This document shows, in pieces, positions 10,420 through 20,790 of a DNA stretch of 64,000 nucleotides. The position numbers and the translations under genes were made by a program. This DNA is from Candidatus Kapaibacterium sp. (GTDB lineage: Bacteria > Bacteroidota > Ignavibacteria > Kapaibacteriales > UBA2268). The notes under the pieces were generated by a model, which was not told the DNA's origin, did no database searches, and worked only from the letters and a program-made list of their open reading frames with translations. Position 1 is the first letter of the stretch. Each line of letters opens with the position of its first letter. The DNA lies in contig OY761611.1 of the NCBI GenBank assembly GCA_963664875.1, forward strand, positions 192,001 through 256,000, read 5' to 3'.

Positions 10420-11997
10420 ATGAGTCTTGCAAAAGGTAATATACTTTGGATTGATGACGAGATAGACAGGTTAAAACCTCATATAATTTTGCTTCAAAAG
10501 CGTGGCTACAATGTAGAAACTGCATCCAATGGTGAAGATGCAATAGCTATGGTGGCAAAGAAACACTATGATTTGATATTTTTAGATGAGATGATGGTTG
10601 GGATTAGCGGACTCGAAGCACTTCCTCGAATCAAAGAGAAAGATCCGAATACTCCGGTAGTGATGGTAACAAAGTCCGAAGCAGAATCAGTTATGGAAGA
10701 TGCAATCGGTAAAAAAATAGATGATTATCTTACCAAACCTGTCAATCCTGCCCAAATATTGATGGCTTGTAAAAAATTCCTCGAAGCAAACAGGATTGAA
10801 GAAGAGCAATTTACGAGAGATTATCTGCAAGGATTCAATGAAATATCACGCCAAATGTTCGGTCCTTTGAATTGGACAGAATGGCAAAATTTATATAAAA
10901 AGCTTGTCGCATATTCTATGGAATTGGATAAACATCCTGATTCCGGTCTGACTCAAACCTTAGCAGATCAGTGGAGACAATGCAACGCAGAGTTCTCAAA
11001 ATTTGTTGAAGAGCACTATAAAGACTGGATAGAATATGAAGATGATGAGTATCCGCTTTTGTCTCCAGATATTCTTGATAGTTATATATATCCAATTCTA
11101 AAAGATGAGCCCGATACAAATCTTGTGTTTTTTGTTGTAGATTGCATGAGATACGACCAATGGTTAGTAATGGAAGAGTTGTTGAAATCTTCTTTTTCTT
11201 CAAAATTAGAATTGTATTCTTCTATTTTACCGACTGCTACACCTTATGCAAGGAATTCTATTTTTGCAGGCTTGTTCCCATCGGAAATCAAACAGCATTA
11301 TCCTCAGTTTTGGAATGTAGAATCCAACTCAGAAGATCATAAACAAAATGCTTATGAAAAAGAATTATTGGAAGCATGGGTTCTTAGAAAAAGATTGAAA
11401 CTGAAAAACAAAATCAACTTTGTAAAAATATTTGATACAGATTTTGGCAAAAAGATAGAAAAAGATATGCCGAAATTACTTCAGTCTCAATTTACTGTAG
11501 TAGTACTCAATGCTATGGATATGATAGCTCATTCCCGTTCCGATTATGCAATTTTAAAAGAAATTGCACCTGACGAGTCTGCATATCGTTCTCTCACAAA
11601 ATCGTGGTTCCAACACTCATCCTTTCTCGGGATGATGAAGATTATATCTAAACAACCAAAAACGAAAGTTGTAATTACTACAGATCACGGTTCTATTAGA
11701 TGTATGAGAGGAGTGAAGGTTCTCGGTGACCGAGATACATCAACTAACCTACGCTATAAATTTGGCAAAAACGTTAAAGCTGACAAAAGAAATGCGATGC
11801 AGATATCTGACCCTCGAGAATATAAATTAACAGCTCACGGTATCACAGTCAATAACATCATTGCTAAAGAAGATTACTATTTCGTTTATCCTACGGACTA
11901 TCATCATTACATGAATAAGTACCGTGATAGCTTCCAACATGGAGGAATTTCTCTCGAAGAAATGATAATACCGGTAGTCGTTATGGAGCCTCGATAA
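10420..11997 (+). CDS. porX: PorX-type response regulator (receiver + PglZ/alkaline-phosphatase domain)
   Basis: ILWIDDEI and FLDEMM receiver; VDCMRYDQW, SILPTATPYARNSIF, TTDHG, FQHGGISLEEMIIP. Followed by tsaE as in Bacteroidota. Confidence 0.88.
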   Translation: MSLAKGNILWIDDEIDRLKPHIILLQKRGYNVETASNGEDAIAMVAKKHYDLIFLDEMMVGISGLEALPRIKEKDPNTPVVMVTKSEAESVMEDAIGKKIDDYLTKPVNPAQILMACKKFLEANRIEEEQFTRDYLQGFNEISRQMFGPLNWTEWQNLYKKLVAYSMELDKHPDSGLTQTLADQWRQCNAEFSKFVEEHYKDWIEYEDDEYPLLSPDILDSYIYPILKDEPDTNLVFFVVDCMRYDQWLVMEELLKSSFSSKLELYSSILPTATPYARNSIFAGLFPSEIKQHYPQFWNVESNSEDHKQNAYEKELLEAWVLRKRLKLKNKINFVKIFDTDFGKKIEKDMPKLLQSQFTVVVLNAMDMIAHSRSDYAILKEIAPDESAYRSLTKSWFQHSSFLGMMKIISKQPKTKVVITTDHGSIRCMRGVKVLGDRDTSTNLRYKFGKNVKADKRNAMQISDPREYKLTAHGITVNNIIAKEDYYFVYPTDYHHYMNKYRDSFQHGGISLEEMIIPVVVMEPR

Positions 11998-12037
11998 TTT
12001 ATGTTTGAATATTATTTTTTTTTCGTATATTTGATAT

Positions 12038-12496
12038 ATGGAAGTAAATAACTACACTACGCACTCAGAGCAAGAAACAATCGAGCTCGGGAGAAAGTTT
12101 GCTGAGGATTTGATCCCCGGCGATTTAGTATTATTTTATGGCGATCTCGGAAGTGGCAAAACTGAGTTTATCAAAGGTATATGCGAGCATTTTAAAGTAG
12201 ATGAATTAGTAACTTCGCCTACTTTTACGATAATGAATCAGTATGCCGGTGAATTTGACGACTATAATCTGCCTATTTATCATGTTGATTTATATAGAAT
12301 CAAATCAAAAGAAGAATTAGGTGAGATTGGTCTTCAGGATTGTTTGTTTTCTGACGATGCGATAAAATTGATAGAATGGGCAGAAAAAGCTGAAAGCTTG
12401 CTGCCGGATACCAAATATAAAGTCAATATCAAGTTTGATTCGAATGATGAAAACTATCGGATTATAGAAATTTCTTATCAGGCTCAACCTGAATAA
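12038..12496 (+). CDS. tsaE: tRNA threonylcarbamoyladenosine biosynthesis ATPase TsaE
   Basis: GDLGSGKT, VTSPTF, YHVDLYR and IEWAE motifs. Confidence 0.95.
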   Translation: MEVNNYTTHSEQETIELGRKFAEDLIPGDLVLFYGDLGSGKTEFIKGICEHFKVDELVTSPTFTIMNQYAGEFDDYNLPIYHVDLYRIKSKEELGEIGLQDCLFSDDAIKLIEWAEKAESLLPDTKYKVNIKFDSNDENYRIIEISYQAQPE

Positions 12497-12507
12497 AAAA
12501 TCTGAAT

Positions 12508-12544
12508 AAAAAAAAAGCTGTCCTTTTAAAGACAGCTTTTTTTT
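12508..12544. terminator. Bidirectional terminator between tsaE and kbl
   Basis: A-run, GCTGTC, loop, GACAGC, T-run between convergent genes. Confidence 0.88.
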
Positions 12545-12558
12545 GGCACGAATATCTT

Positions 12559-13803
12559 TTAAATCATACCCAATTCTTTACCTACTTTTTTGAAAGCAGC
12601 AATTGCATGAGTTAAGTGCTCTTCTGTGTGAGCTGCTGATATTTGAACTCTGATTCTGTCTTTGCCTCTTGGAACAACAGGAAAAGAGAAAGCGATAACA
12701 TAAACGCCTTCTTCCAACATTTTGTCAGCAAATTTTACAGCCAACTCAGAGCAGTTATCATATTTACCAAACATAATAGGGCAGATAGCGTGTTCGCCCG
12801 GAATAATGTCAAATCCTGCTTCAGTCATTTCCTTACGGAAGCGTATAGTATTAACTTCCAATCTATCTCTAAGCTCAGTAGTTTCAGATAAGATATCGAT
12901 ACATTTGATAGTAGCACCGACAACAGCAGGAGCTAATGTGTTTGAGAATAGATAAGGACGAGCTTTGTTACGCATCCAGTCAATTATTTCCTGTTTAGCA
13001 GCAATACAACCGCCGGAAGCACCACCAAGAGCTTTACCGAAAGTAGTAGTTATTATATCAACTCTGTCCATCACATTGTGGTGTTCGTGAGTGCCACGAC
13101 CTGTTTTGCCCATAAAGCCGGAAGAGTGAGAGTCGTCAACCATAACCAACGCGTCGTATTTATCTGCCAAGTCGCAAATAGCAGGCAAATTAGCAATATC
13201 TCCATCCATTGAGAAAACGCCGTCAGTTGCAATAACTTTAAATCTGCAACCTGCTTCATTTGCTTCTTTCAAGCAGCGTTCCAAACCTTTAAGAGTTTTT
13301 CCGGTAGATGGATCTAATTCTTCAGTATCAGAAAAATTACCATGATTATAGATCCAGCGTTGTGCTTTCGCTAAACGGATACCATCAATAATAGAAGCAT
13401 GATTAAGTGCATCAGTGATAATTGCGTCTTCAGGTCCGAAAAGTGGTTCGAAAACTGCACCATTAGCATCAAAAGCTGAGCAGAAAAGAATAGAATCTTC
13501 CATACCTAAAAAGTCAGCTACTTTTCTTTCTAATACTTTATGGTCGTCTTGAGTACCGCAGATAAAGCGAACAGAAGAAAGACCGAAACCGCGTTTGTCT
13601 ATTTCGTCGTGAGCAGCTTTGATTAGCTCAGGATGAGAAGATAAACCAAGGTAATTATTTGCACAGAAGTTTAAAACTTTTTTGTTGTTTACTAAGATTT
13701 CAGGCCCTTGGGGGCTTTCAATAACTCTTTCGTGTTTATATAACTTTTGTTCTTCCAAACTTTTCAGCTCGTTTGCAAGAAACTCTTTCATTTTGGTGTA
13801 CAT
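12559..13803 (-). CDS. kbl: Glycine C-acetyltransferase (2-amino-3-ketobutyrate CoA ligase)
   Basis: NFCANNYLGLS, SVRFICGTQ, TDGVFSMDG, TFGKALGG (PLP Lys), RIRVQISAAH. Confidence 0.93.
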   Translation of the reverse strand: MYTKMKEFLANELKSLEEQKLYKHERVIESPQGPEILVNNKKVLNFCANNYLGLSSHPELIKAAHDEIDKRGFGLSSVRFICGTQDDHKVLERKVADFLGMEDSILFCSAFDANGAVFEPLFGPEDAIITDALNHASIIDGIRLAKAQRWIYNHGNFSDTEELDPSTGKTLKGLERCLKEANEAGCRFKVIATDGVFSMDGDIANLPAICDLADKYDALVMVDDSHSSGFMGKTGRGTHEHHNVMDRVDIITTTFGKALGGASGGCIAAKQEIIDWMRNKARPYLFSNTLAPAVVGATIKCIDILSETTELRDRLEVNTIRFRKEMTEAGFDIIPGEHAICPIMFGKYDNCSELAVKFADKMLEEGVYVIAFSFPVVPRGKDRIRVQISAAHTEEHLTHAIAAFKKVGKELGMI

Positions 13804-14052
13804 AACTTCTCCTAATGTAAAGTCTAATTAGCTAAAGTAATATCGCACTAAAATAAGAAAAAAAAGGCAAACTGTTTACCTTATAAACTATAAAAAATAG
13901 TAATATTCCGAATTATAGCTTTTTAGATGAAATCGAATATAAATGATAAAACTAATCAGCAGATGCTTTGGAATGTTATGCTAAAATGGGTTAGCTCCAT
14001 TACGCAAATAAGAAGATAAAAACAACAATAGGCCTTCAAAATAATAAGTAAT

Positions 14053-15915
14053 TTATCTTAAAGTATCCTGCTCTTGTTGCAATTCCATTTTTAGAGTATC
14101 AAGCTGTGCTTCATGAGATAGCGAATCAAGTTGTTTTGTAGATGTAGAATCAGGATAGAAAAAACCTTTTATTATTTCTTTGGCGATAGGTGCAGCAACT
14201 GTTGAGCCATAGCCTGCATTTTCTACCATACAGGCAACTGCTATTTTTGGATTGTCTTTTGGAGCAAAACATATAAACCAGGAGTGGTCTCTGCCGTGAG
14301 GATTTTGAGCAGTACCTGTTTTACCACAAATTTTTAATTCCGGAATCTGAATGTTAGTCGCAGTACCTCCGGGAGTATTTACTACATCATACATACCGTC
14401 ATGAATGATGTTGAAAATCTTTTCATCTATAGGCAGTTTAGTTGTTACATAATTTATTGGTTCTACCTTTTGCGTCTCGGGGTCATAAATATGACTTACC
14501 ACGTGAGGTTGAATCATTGTACCTTTGTTAGCTAATGCAGCAGCATAAGCAGCTACCTGAAGTGGGGTAGTAGCGATTTCACCCTGACCGATACCCCAGT
14601 TTAGCACAATGCCTTTAGGAATATATTTTAGTCTTTTCATAAGTTGATCTTTTGAAGGAAAAGAGCCTTTGCCTTCATACGGTATATCAACATTTGTAAT
14701 GTCGCCAAAACCGAAAAGTTTTCCGTATTCATAGATTTTTTCTAAACCTAATTTAAGGCCAAGATTGTAGAAATAAGTATTGCATGAGCCTTGTATAGCT
14801 TTTCTTGCATTTACGGTACCATGTACGTGAGTACATCCAAAAAATCTATTACCAAAAGTCATTCCACCTGAACAGTTGAAGGTTGTGTTCTCCGTGATGA
14901 GACCTTCTTTAAGAGCAGCGGCGAGCATTAGCATTTTCCAGGTCGAGCCCGGGGCATAAGCAGATTGGAATGCTCTTGGGAGCAGCGGTTTGCCATCATC
15001 ATTCCTAAGTGAATCGTAAAGTTTCGCAGGAATTCTGCCTGAAAAATCTCTAGGGTCAAAATCCGGTTTGCTTGCCATGACTATAATTTCGCCTGTATTC
15101 GGATCTATAGCTACAACTGCACCTCTTTTTCCTTCGAGAAGCTTCTCTGCTTTTATTTGTAAATCGATATCAATGGTTAACTGTAAATCTTTTCCGTTAA
15201 CTGCAGAAATATCGCTTTTACCATTGTCAAAACTTGAAACAGGACGTCCCCATTTATTTACAGCCACGAAACGATAACCGTATCTACCTTTCAAGAAGTT
15301 CTCGTAAGACGCTTCAATGCCTGCTTTCCCTATCATATCGCCCGGGCGTAAGTAAGGTTTTTGTGTGAGATTTGCCTGAGAAACTTCACCGGTGTAACCA
15401 AGCAAGTGAGCCATATTACAATCAAATTCGTAAAGTCTTTTAGATTCGACTGCAATATCAATTCCCGGTAAATAATCGTTATATTCTTCTATAAGTGAGA
15501 CTATGTCAAAAGAGGCATCGCGATAAATCTTTATAGGTTCAAATTTTGAATATGTAGAAAATTTATTTATTGTCTTCTGAATAGTGATTGAGTCTGTTTC
15601 TAATAAGGAGCATAGAAGAGGCATAGCAATAACATCAAATTCTTTCGGAGTGAGTGTTACAGAAAATGCTGCTTCGTTGTGAACAATCAATTTCCCGTTT
15701 CTGTCGTACATATTTCCTCTAAAAGGCTCAACTTTTACTTTTTTGATGGCTTGAGCTTCAGATTCCATTTTGTATTCGCTACCCTGCAATAATTGCAACT
15801 GAGCAAGTCTGCCAATAAAAATTGCAGCTACTACATAAAGAAGTAGCTTATATACATTTCTTCGTCCGTTAGAGCCGAAAAAAGGGTTTTCACCCATTGA
15901 TCTTTTTATTGGCAT
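14053..15915 (-). CDS. mrdA: Penicillin-binding protein 2
   Basis: N-terminal anchor, RG.MYDRNG, PGSTWK (SxxK), SCN (SxN), KTGTAQ, DHSWF. Confidence 0.9.
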   Translation of the reverse strand: MPIKRSMGENPFFGSNGRRNVYKLLLYVVAAIFIGRLAQLQLLQGSEYKMESEAQAIKKVKVEPFRGNMYDRNGKLIVHNEAAFSVTLTPKEFDVIAMPLLCSLLETDSITIQKTINKFSTYSKFEPIKIYRDASFDIVSLIEEYNDYLPGIDIAVESKRLYEFDCNMAHLLGYTGEVSQANLTQKPYLRPGDMIGKAGIEASYENFLKGRYGYRFVAVNKWGRPVSSFDNGKSDISAVNGKDLQLTIDIDLQIKAEKLLEGKRGAVVAIDPNTGEIIVMASKPDFDPRDFSGRIPAKLYDSLRNDDGKPLLPRAFQSAYAPGSTWKMLMLAAALKEGLITENTTFNCSGGMTFGNRFFGCTHVHGTVNARKAIQGSCNTYFYNLGLKLGLEKIYEYGKLFGFGDITNVDIPYEGKGSFPSKDQLMKRLKYIPKGIVLNWGIGQGEIATTPLQVAAYAAALANKGTMIQPHVVSHIYDPETQKVEPINYVTTKLPIDEKIFNIIHDGMYDVVNTPGGTATNIQIPELKICGKTGTAQNPHGRDHSWFICFAPKDNPKIAVACMVENAGYGSTVAAPIAKEIIKGFFYPDSTSTKQLDSLSHEAQLDTLKMELQQEQDTLR

Positions 15916-15976
15916 AAAAGAGGATTTATATTATTGACAAAATCAGAAATGCAAAATAAGTAAAAGTATCCAAAAA

Positions 15977-17380
15977 TTACACGGGTGTGTTAGATTTTCT
16001 TTGATATTTCTCTGCAATGGCAGTTACAGCTAATCCAAAGGCTACTACAAATATACCGTCCCGATAAACAAATTGACTCGAAGTGGTGTTTACTATAAAT
16101 AGCATTAGCATTGTCATAAATCCGGTTACGGCAAGTTTTTTGAAAAATGGATCTGTAATTTGCTTAGAGAGCTCAAAAGCTTTCAAAAATGTGGCAACCA
16201 TTACAAAAAGATAAACAAGTGTTAGCGGTGCTCCTATTCTATAGAAGAAGTAAATATATCCGTTATGGATTATATTTGTCCTTTTGGTCATTTCAGGGAT
16301 TGGATCATAGAAGTGAAACTCTGCAGATAAACCATTGCCTCCGAGCATATTATCAGGATAAGTCCTGTCTATTGCAGCATCATATTCTGCAAGACGGGAG
16401 AGTAATGAAATATCCTTAGTCCCTTTGGTTGATGAGGTGAATCTTTTTTCTACAAATGAATAGAATATTTTGGCATTGTCCTGAAAAAACAGAAATGCTG
16501 TTATTACAGTAAATAGCACTAAAATCAAAGTATATACAGAAAACAAAATTTTCTGTCGATAACTAATAAATAGAAAGACTAAAAATAAAAGGAAGATTTC
16601 AACAACCCAAAATGTTCTTGAAAAAGTAATCACAAGAGCAGTGAAACTTATTCCGGCAAAAGTAAGGGAGTATAATTTAACGAGTTTAGAGTAGTTTCCA
16701 AAACTGAAAAGTACAGCCACAGCTACACTAATAGTTAATACCGTCTGATTTTCTCTTACTGATGTGCCAAGTTGGTAAGCATACATAAAATCATCAGAAG
16801 TTAGAATCTTGTAGTAAGTATAAAATTGACCGAAACTCACAGCGAGTACTGAGATAGAAAACAAGAATAATAGTATTTCTATATCCTTTTTATTTTCAAA
16901 TTCTTCTTTAAGCGGAAAATAGTATAGTGTCAATGCAAAAACTATGTATTCTCGCAACCAATTAAATAAATCTACTTCATTAAAAAAAGCGACAATTGCA
17001 TTGCCGATAAGAACGATGAAGAAAAATAGAAGAAACCAATCGCGGTAATTATTTACAATCTTTTTCTTGCGTACAAAAACAGTCCAAAAAATCCAAATAG
17101 CAATCCCAAAAAAGAAATATATTCCAACAAAAACATCAAGTACAGAAACACCTTCGCTACTCGAAAGAAAAAAGACTGAAGTAAGAGCTGCAATAGAATA
17201 AAGCCAAATCTTTTTGTTGTAAAACATTATAGCTATGAATACAAAACCTAATACACCCGGGACAATAAGCAAAGCCTGGTCCAAAACAATAGCGAATAGC
17301 ATTCCTACTAAAGAAACAAAAATTGCAGGAACGCTAAAAGCAAAGGGTATTCTGCCGGAATTTGTTAAGCTATTGGACAT
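15977..17380 (-). CDS. O-antigen ligase / Wzy-like membrane protein
   Basis: About 12 TM helices, TFSRTFW, periplasmic loop with SLLSRL and HNGY. Confidence 0.75.
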   Translation of the reverse strand: MSNSLTNSGRIPFAFSVPAIFVSLVGMLFAIVLDQALLIVPGVLGFVFIAIMFYNKKIWLYSIAALTSVFFLSSSEGVSVLDVFVGIYFFFGIAIWIFWTVFVRKKKIVNNYRDWFLLFFFIVLIGNAIVAFFNEVDLFNWLREYIVFALTLYYFPLKEEFENKKDIEILLFLFSISVLAVSFGQFYTYYKILTSDDFMYAYQLGTSVRENQTVLTISVAVAVLFSFGNYSKLVKLYSLTFAGISFTALVITFSRTFWVVEIFLLFLVFLFISYRQKILFSVYTLILVLFTVITAFLFFQDNAKIFYSFVEKRFTSSTKGTKDISLLSRLAEYDAAIDRTYPDNMLGGNGLSAEFHFYDPIPEMTKRTNIIHNGYIYFFYRIGAPLTLVYLFVMVATFLKAFELSKQITDPFFKKLAVTGFMTMLMLFIVNTTSSQFVYRDGIFVVAFGLAVTAIAEKYQRKSNTPV

Positions 17381-18518
17381 CTTCAGTCAAACTCTGTTTG
17401 TACTTATCCATTAATTCTCTATAGGAGTTAAATAGAATCACAAAAAGCAAAGCTAAGATAAATCCTCCAAATGTGGCTCCTGCAACAATTACAGAACGTT
17501 TAGGCTTAGATTTTTTTTGTGGAGCAACCGCTTCATCAATCACGTACAAATTCTTTTGATTTTTATTTAAATCTAATCTTGTTTCTTCATACATAGGTGT
17601 CAGAAATGCTTTCACTTTTGTGAAAGTTTCAAATTCGGCATACAATCTAAAATAATTTAGCCCTACTTCAGCTGCATCAGTAAGTGCAAAATTGCCAGCG
17701 AAACCGGGTTGTGTTTCAATATCTTTGAGTTTTTCTAAAGATTTTTTATGTAAATCTTTAATCAATTTTGTTTTGGAGTTGTCTTCTCCGTAGTTGTCTC
17801 TTAGAAATTCATATTGTATCTCATACTGTACAGCTTGTGCTTTGAACTCTGCAAGTGAATTGCTTACAGCCTTTGCTTGATCTAATGGGCTCAGCACTTG
17901 TTTGGCTTTTGCATAAACTTGAAGTTTGTTGCTTATATCCATTAAAGTAGAATCAGTAGCTGCTAATCTTTTCTCTAAATAACTTAAATTATCAGCAGTT
18001 TCTTTTTGAGTGAGTTTTATAGCAAAATTGTTTGCAATCTGAACATAGTCATTTGCCATTTGGGCACATCTTTTTTTGTCTTTATCAGTAATGCTAATCA
18101 GGTAATTACCTTCTTTTTCGTAAGTAACATCTACGTTTGCGAGAAATTCTTTTCTGACGTCGTCCATTAGAGAATCAGGAATATCGTATGTTTTTGCTAA
18201 GTCATATTTTTTAATCATCGAATCCACTACAGAGCGTGACTCTAAGATTACTATAAAAGAATAGCTATCGCCGGATTTACCTCCAAGTTTAGAAAGCCCA
18301 AAGTCTTTTAAAGCAGAAGTAACACTACCCATAAGCCCGGAAGTACCTGACGCATCTTTAGGAGGTACTACATTTACCTGAGCTGTGTACCATAGAGGAA
18401 GCATAAACGCAATTATTACAGAAGCTATGGCTGTAATTATAGTAAAAGAGAGTATAAATATTTTGTGTTTGAACAGCAGAAAAAGCATTTTCAAATTGCT
18501 GTAAGTGTTGTTTTCCAT
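17370..18518 (-). CDS. Wzz/GNVR-type polysaccharide chain-length determinant
   Basis: Two terminal TM helices, ILESRSV, coiled-coil centre, VIDEAVAPQKKSKPKR proline-rich motif. Start chosen at MENNTY. Confidence 0.85.
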   Translation of the reverse strand: MENNTYSNLKMLFLLFKHKIFILSFTIITAIASVIIAFMLPLWYTAQVNVVPPKDASGTSGLMGSVTSALKDFGLSKLGGKSGDSYSFIVILESRSVVDSMIKKYDLAKTYDIPDSLMDDVRKEFLANVDVTYEKEGNYLISITDKDKKRCAQMANDYVQIANNFAIKLTQKETADNLSYLEKRLAATDSTLMDISNKLQVYAKAKQVLSPLDQAKAVSNSLAEFKAQAVQYEIQYEFLRDNYGEDNSKTKLIKDLHKKSLEKLKDIETQPGFAGNFALTDAAEVGLNYFRLYAEFETFTKVKAFLTPMYEETRLDLNKNQKNLYVIDEAVAPQKKSKPKRSVIVAGATFGGFILALLFVILFNSYRELMDKYKQSLTEDVQ

Positions 18519-18703
18519 AAATCGATTCTTTCTTTGGTTGTTTTTCAATCTGCAATATATCTAAGTAAATTGGTAAATCATATTACATTATTCTTGCTTT
18601 TTGGTTCATTATTTTGTTTAGTAATTTGTCGAATAAATATCTTGGCATGGGCGAATTTCTGAACAGACAGATATTATTATAAAACTATCTCTTATATAAA
18701 TCA

Positions 18704-18801
18704 CTATGTTGCAAAAAAACTGAAGATTACGAGATTGCTGATATAGCCAACAAAAATTAAAAGTTGTATGCTTCAAATTTCTAATAGCGTTTGCAACATA
18801 G
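18704..18801. mobile_element. Possible MITE / IS-end remnant bounded by a 12-bp inverted repeat
   Basis: CTATGTTGCAAA (18704-18715) and TTTGCAACATAG (18790-18801); no ORF inside. Confidence 0.35.
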
Positions 18802-19085
18802 ATTATATTGAAATGCTATATGGAATGAAGGATAAAGTTACATATTTAATCTAACTAAAATGCAGTATGTCCAATCAATACAGAATATTATAAATCGGCA
18901 GCTTGATTTCCTTCATGATAAACTTAGTATGAGTATGTGAGACAACTAAATCAAAAATTCTTTATAAAATGTAAAATCAATACATTCTCGATTCTAATAT
19001 ACGATATTTCTAAGAATTTAAACAAAAATTTCATATAATCGTATAAATCAAAAAAGTATATTCTAAATATTTAAGGGTAGGAATT

Positions 19086-20771
19086 ATGACCTATAAAAAG
19101 CTAAAAATATTCTTGCTGTTTCTCCTTATATCGTCTAATTTATCAGCAGAAGACTTGCTAAAAATCGCAAATGAGGAGCTGCAAAGGAATTATAACACAC
19201 TACAAAAACAAGAGATACCACCTTACTTTATTTCTTATTCTATTACAGAAACAGTTAGTAATTCGATTACTGCTTCTTTTGGTAGAATGATAAATAAATC
19301 TATAGACAATAAAAGTAGAATACTTGATATAGATTTGCGTGTAGGAGATTATCAGTTTGATAATACGCATATAATCAGAGGCAACCCATTTAACTTCGGT
19401 TCCGGAGCCGGTTCTGCTGTCCTTCCTTTTGATAATGACAAAGCAGCACTAACAAATGCAATGTGGTTCGCTACTGATAATTTATACAAAAATGCAACCG
19501 AAAGATACCAAAAAGCTCTTACAAACAAAGCTGTAAAAGTAGCTGAAGAAGATTCAAGTGCGGATTTTTCTAAAGAACCGAAAAATATTGATATAAGAGA
19601 GTTAGATAATTTAACTTTTGACGCAGCTAAATGGGAGAAAATTATTACAAATTTGTCTGCCGTTTTTGCTTCAGAACCTCTGATTTACAATGCTACGGTA
19701 TCCATCAATACAGAATTGAAACATAAGTTTTATGTCAGCACCGAAGGAACTACTCTGAGATGGTCAGAAAAGGGTGCGAGAATTATGGTGAGTGCTAAAA
19801 CAAAAGCAGAAGACGGTATGTCATTACCTCTTTATGAAAGTTACTTTGCCTTTAATCCTGATGAACTTCCGGATGAGGCAACAATAGCTAACGACATAAG
19901 AAAAATGATTAAATTGCTGGTAGAACTTAGAGAAGCTCCGGTTGCTACAACATTTACCGGTCCTGCTATACTCTCTGGTGAGGCTTCAGGAGTCTTTTTC
20001 CATGAAATATTTGGTCATAGGGTAGAAGGACATCGAGAAAAAGATCCAAATTCCTCACAAACATTTAAACAGTCGATAGGTCAGGAAATTTTGCCGGATT
20101 TTATTGACGTAGTATTTGACCCGACACTTAAAAAACTAAATGGGATTGATATTTCCGGCTACTATCCTTACGATGATGAAGGCGTAAAAGCTCAAAGAGT
20201 TGAAACAGTAAAAGATGGTAAATTTTCTCATTTTTTGATGTCCAGATCGCCAATTGAAGGATTTGCTAATTCTAACGGACACGGTAGAAAAGAACAAGGT
20301 TACAATGCTGTTTCCCGTCAGTCCAATCTCATTGTAGAATCTGCTAAAAGTGTTTCCAAAGACGAACTCAAAGAAAAGCTGAGAAATATCTGTAAAGAAC
20401 AAGGAAAAGATTATGGTTTGTATTTTGTAACCGTTTCAGGTGGATTTACGTTTACAAACAGAACTATTCCTAATGCGTTTAACGTAACTCCTCTTGTAGT
20501 TTACAAAATTTATGTCGATGGAAGACCGGATGAATTAGTTCGTGGTGTAGATTTGATTGGCACTCCTCTTACTACATTTTCTAATATTGTTGCAGCTGCA
20601 GATGACTTAGGCGTTTTCAACGGTATTTGTGGTGCAGAGTCCGGTGGAGTTCCTGTTTCGGCTTGTTCTCCTTCCTTGTTAGTTTCTACTATAGAAGTAC
20701 AGAAAAAGAAGAAATCGCAGGCAAAACCACCTATTCTTCCTTCGCCTGTAAAAGCAACACTAAATCCTTAA
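19086..20771 (+). CDS. TldD-family metalloprotease with signal peptide
   Basis: FFHEIFGHRVEG (HExxxH), YDDEGV, SNGHGR, RQSNL, and the metal-ligand Cys in GICGAESG. Confidence 0.85.
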   Translation: MTYKKLKIFLLFLLISSNLSAEDLLKIANEELQRNYNTLQKQEIPPYFISYSITETVSNSITASFGRMINKSIDNKSRILDIDLRVGDYQFDNTHIIRGNPFNFGSGAGSAVLPFDNDKAALTNAMWFATDNLYKNATERYQKALTNKAVKVAEEDSSADFSKEPKNIDIRELDNLTFDAAKWEKIITNLSAVFASEPLIYNATVSINTELKHKFYVSTEGTTLRWSEKGARIMVSAKTKAEDGMSLPLYESYFAFNPDELPDEATIANDIRKMIKLLVELREAPVATTFTGPAILSGEASGVFFHEIFGHRVEGHREKDPNSSQTFKQSIGQEILPDFIDVVFDPTLKKLNGIDISGYYPYDDEGVKAQRVETVKDGKFSHFLMSRSPIEGFANSNGHGRKEQGYNAVSRQSNLIVESAKSVSKDELKEKLRNICKEQGKDYGLYFVTVSGGFTFTNRTIPNAFNVTPLVVYKIYVDGRPDELVRGVDLIGTPLTTFSNIVAAADDLGVFNGICGAESGGVPVSACSPSLLVSTIEVQKKKKSQAKPPILPSPVKATLNP

Positions 20772-20790
20772 TTTATAGATAGGAAGTGAG

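Noticed and set aside
10420-11997. PglZ domain plus a WYL gene in the window as a BREX defence system
   Set aside because: The PglZ domain is fused to a receiver (PorX), there are no brxABC/pglX/brxL genes, and the WYL gene is over 50 kb away with its own targets.
13804-14052. Glycine riboswitch or other leader RNA upstream of kbl
   Set aside because: No recognisable aptamer motifs or stable stems; only an RBS and AT-rich promoter sequence.
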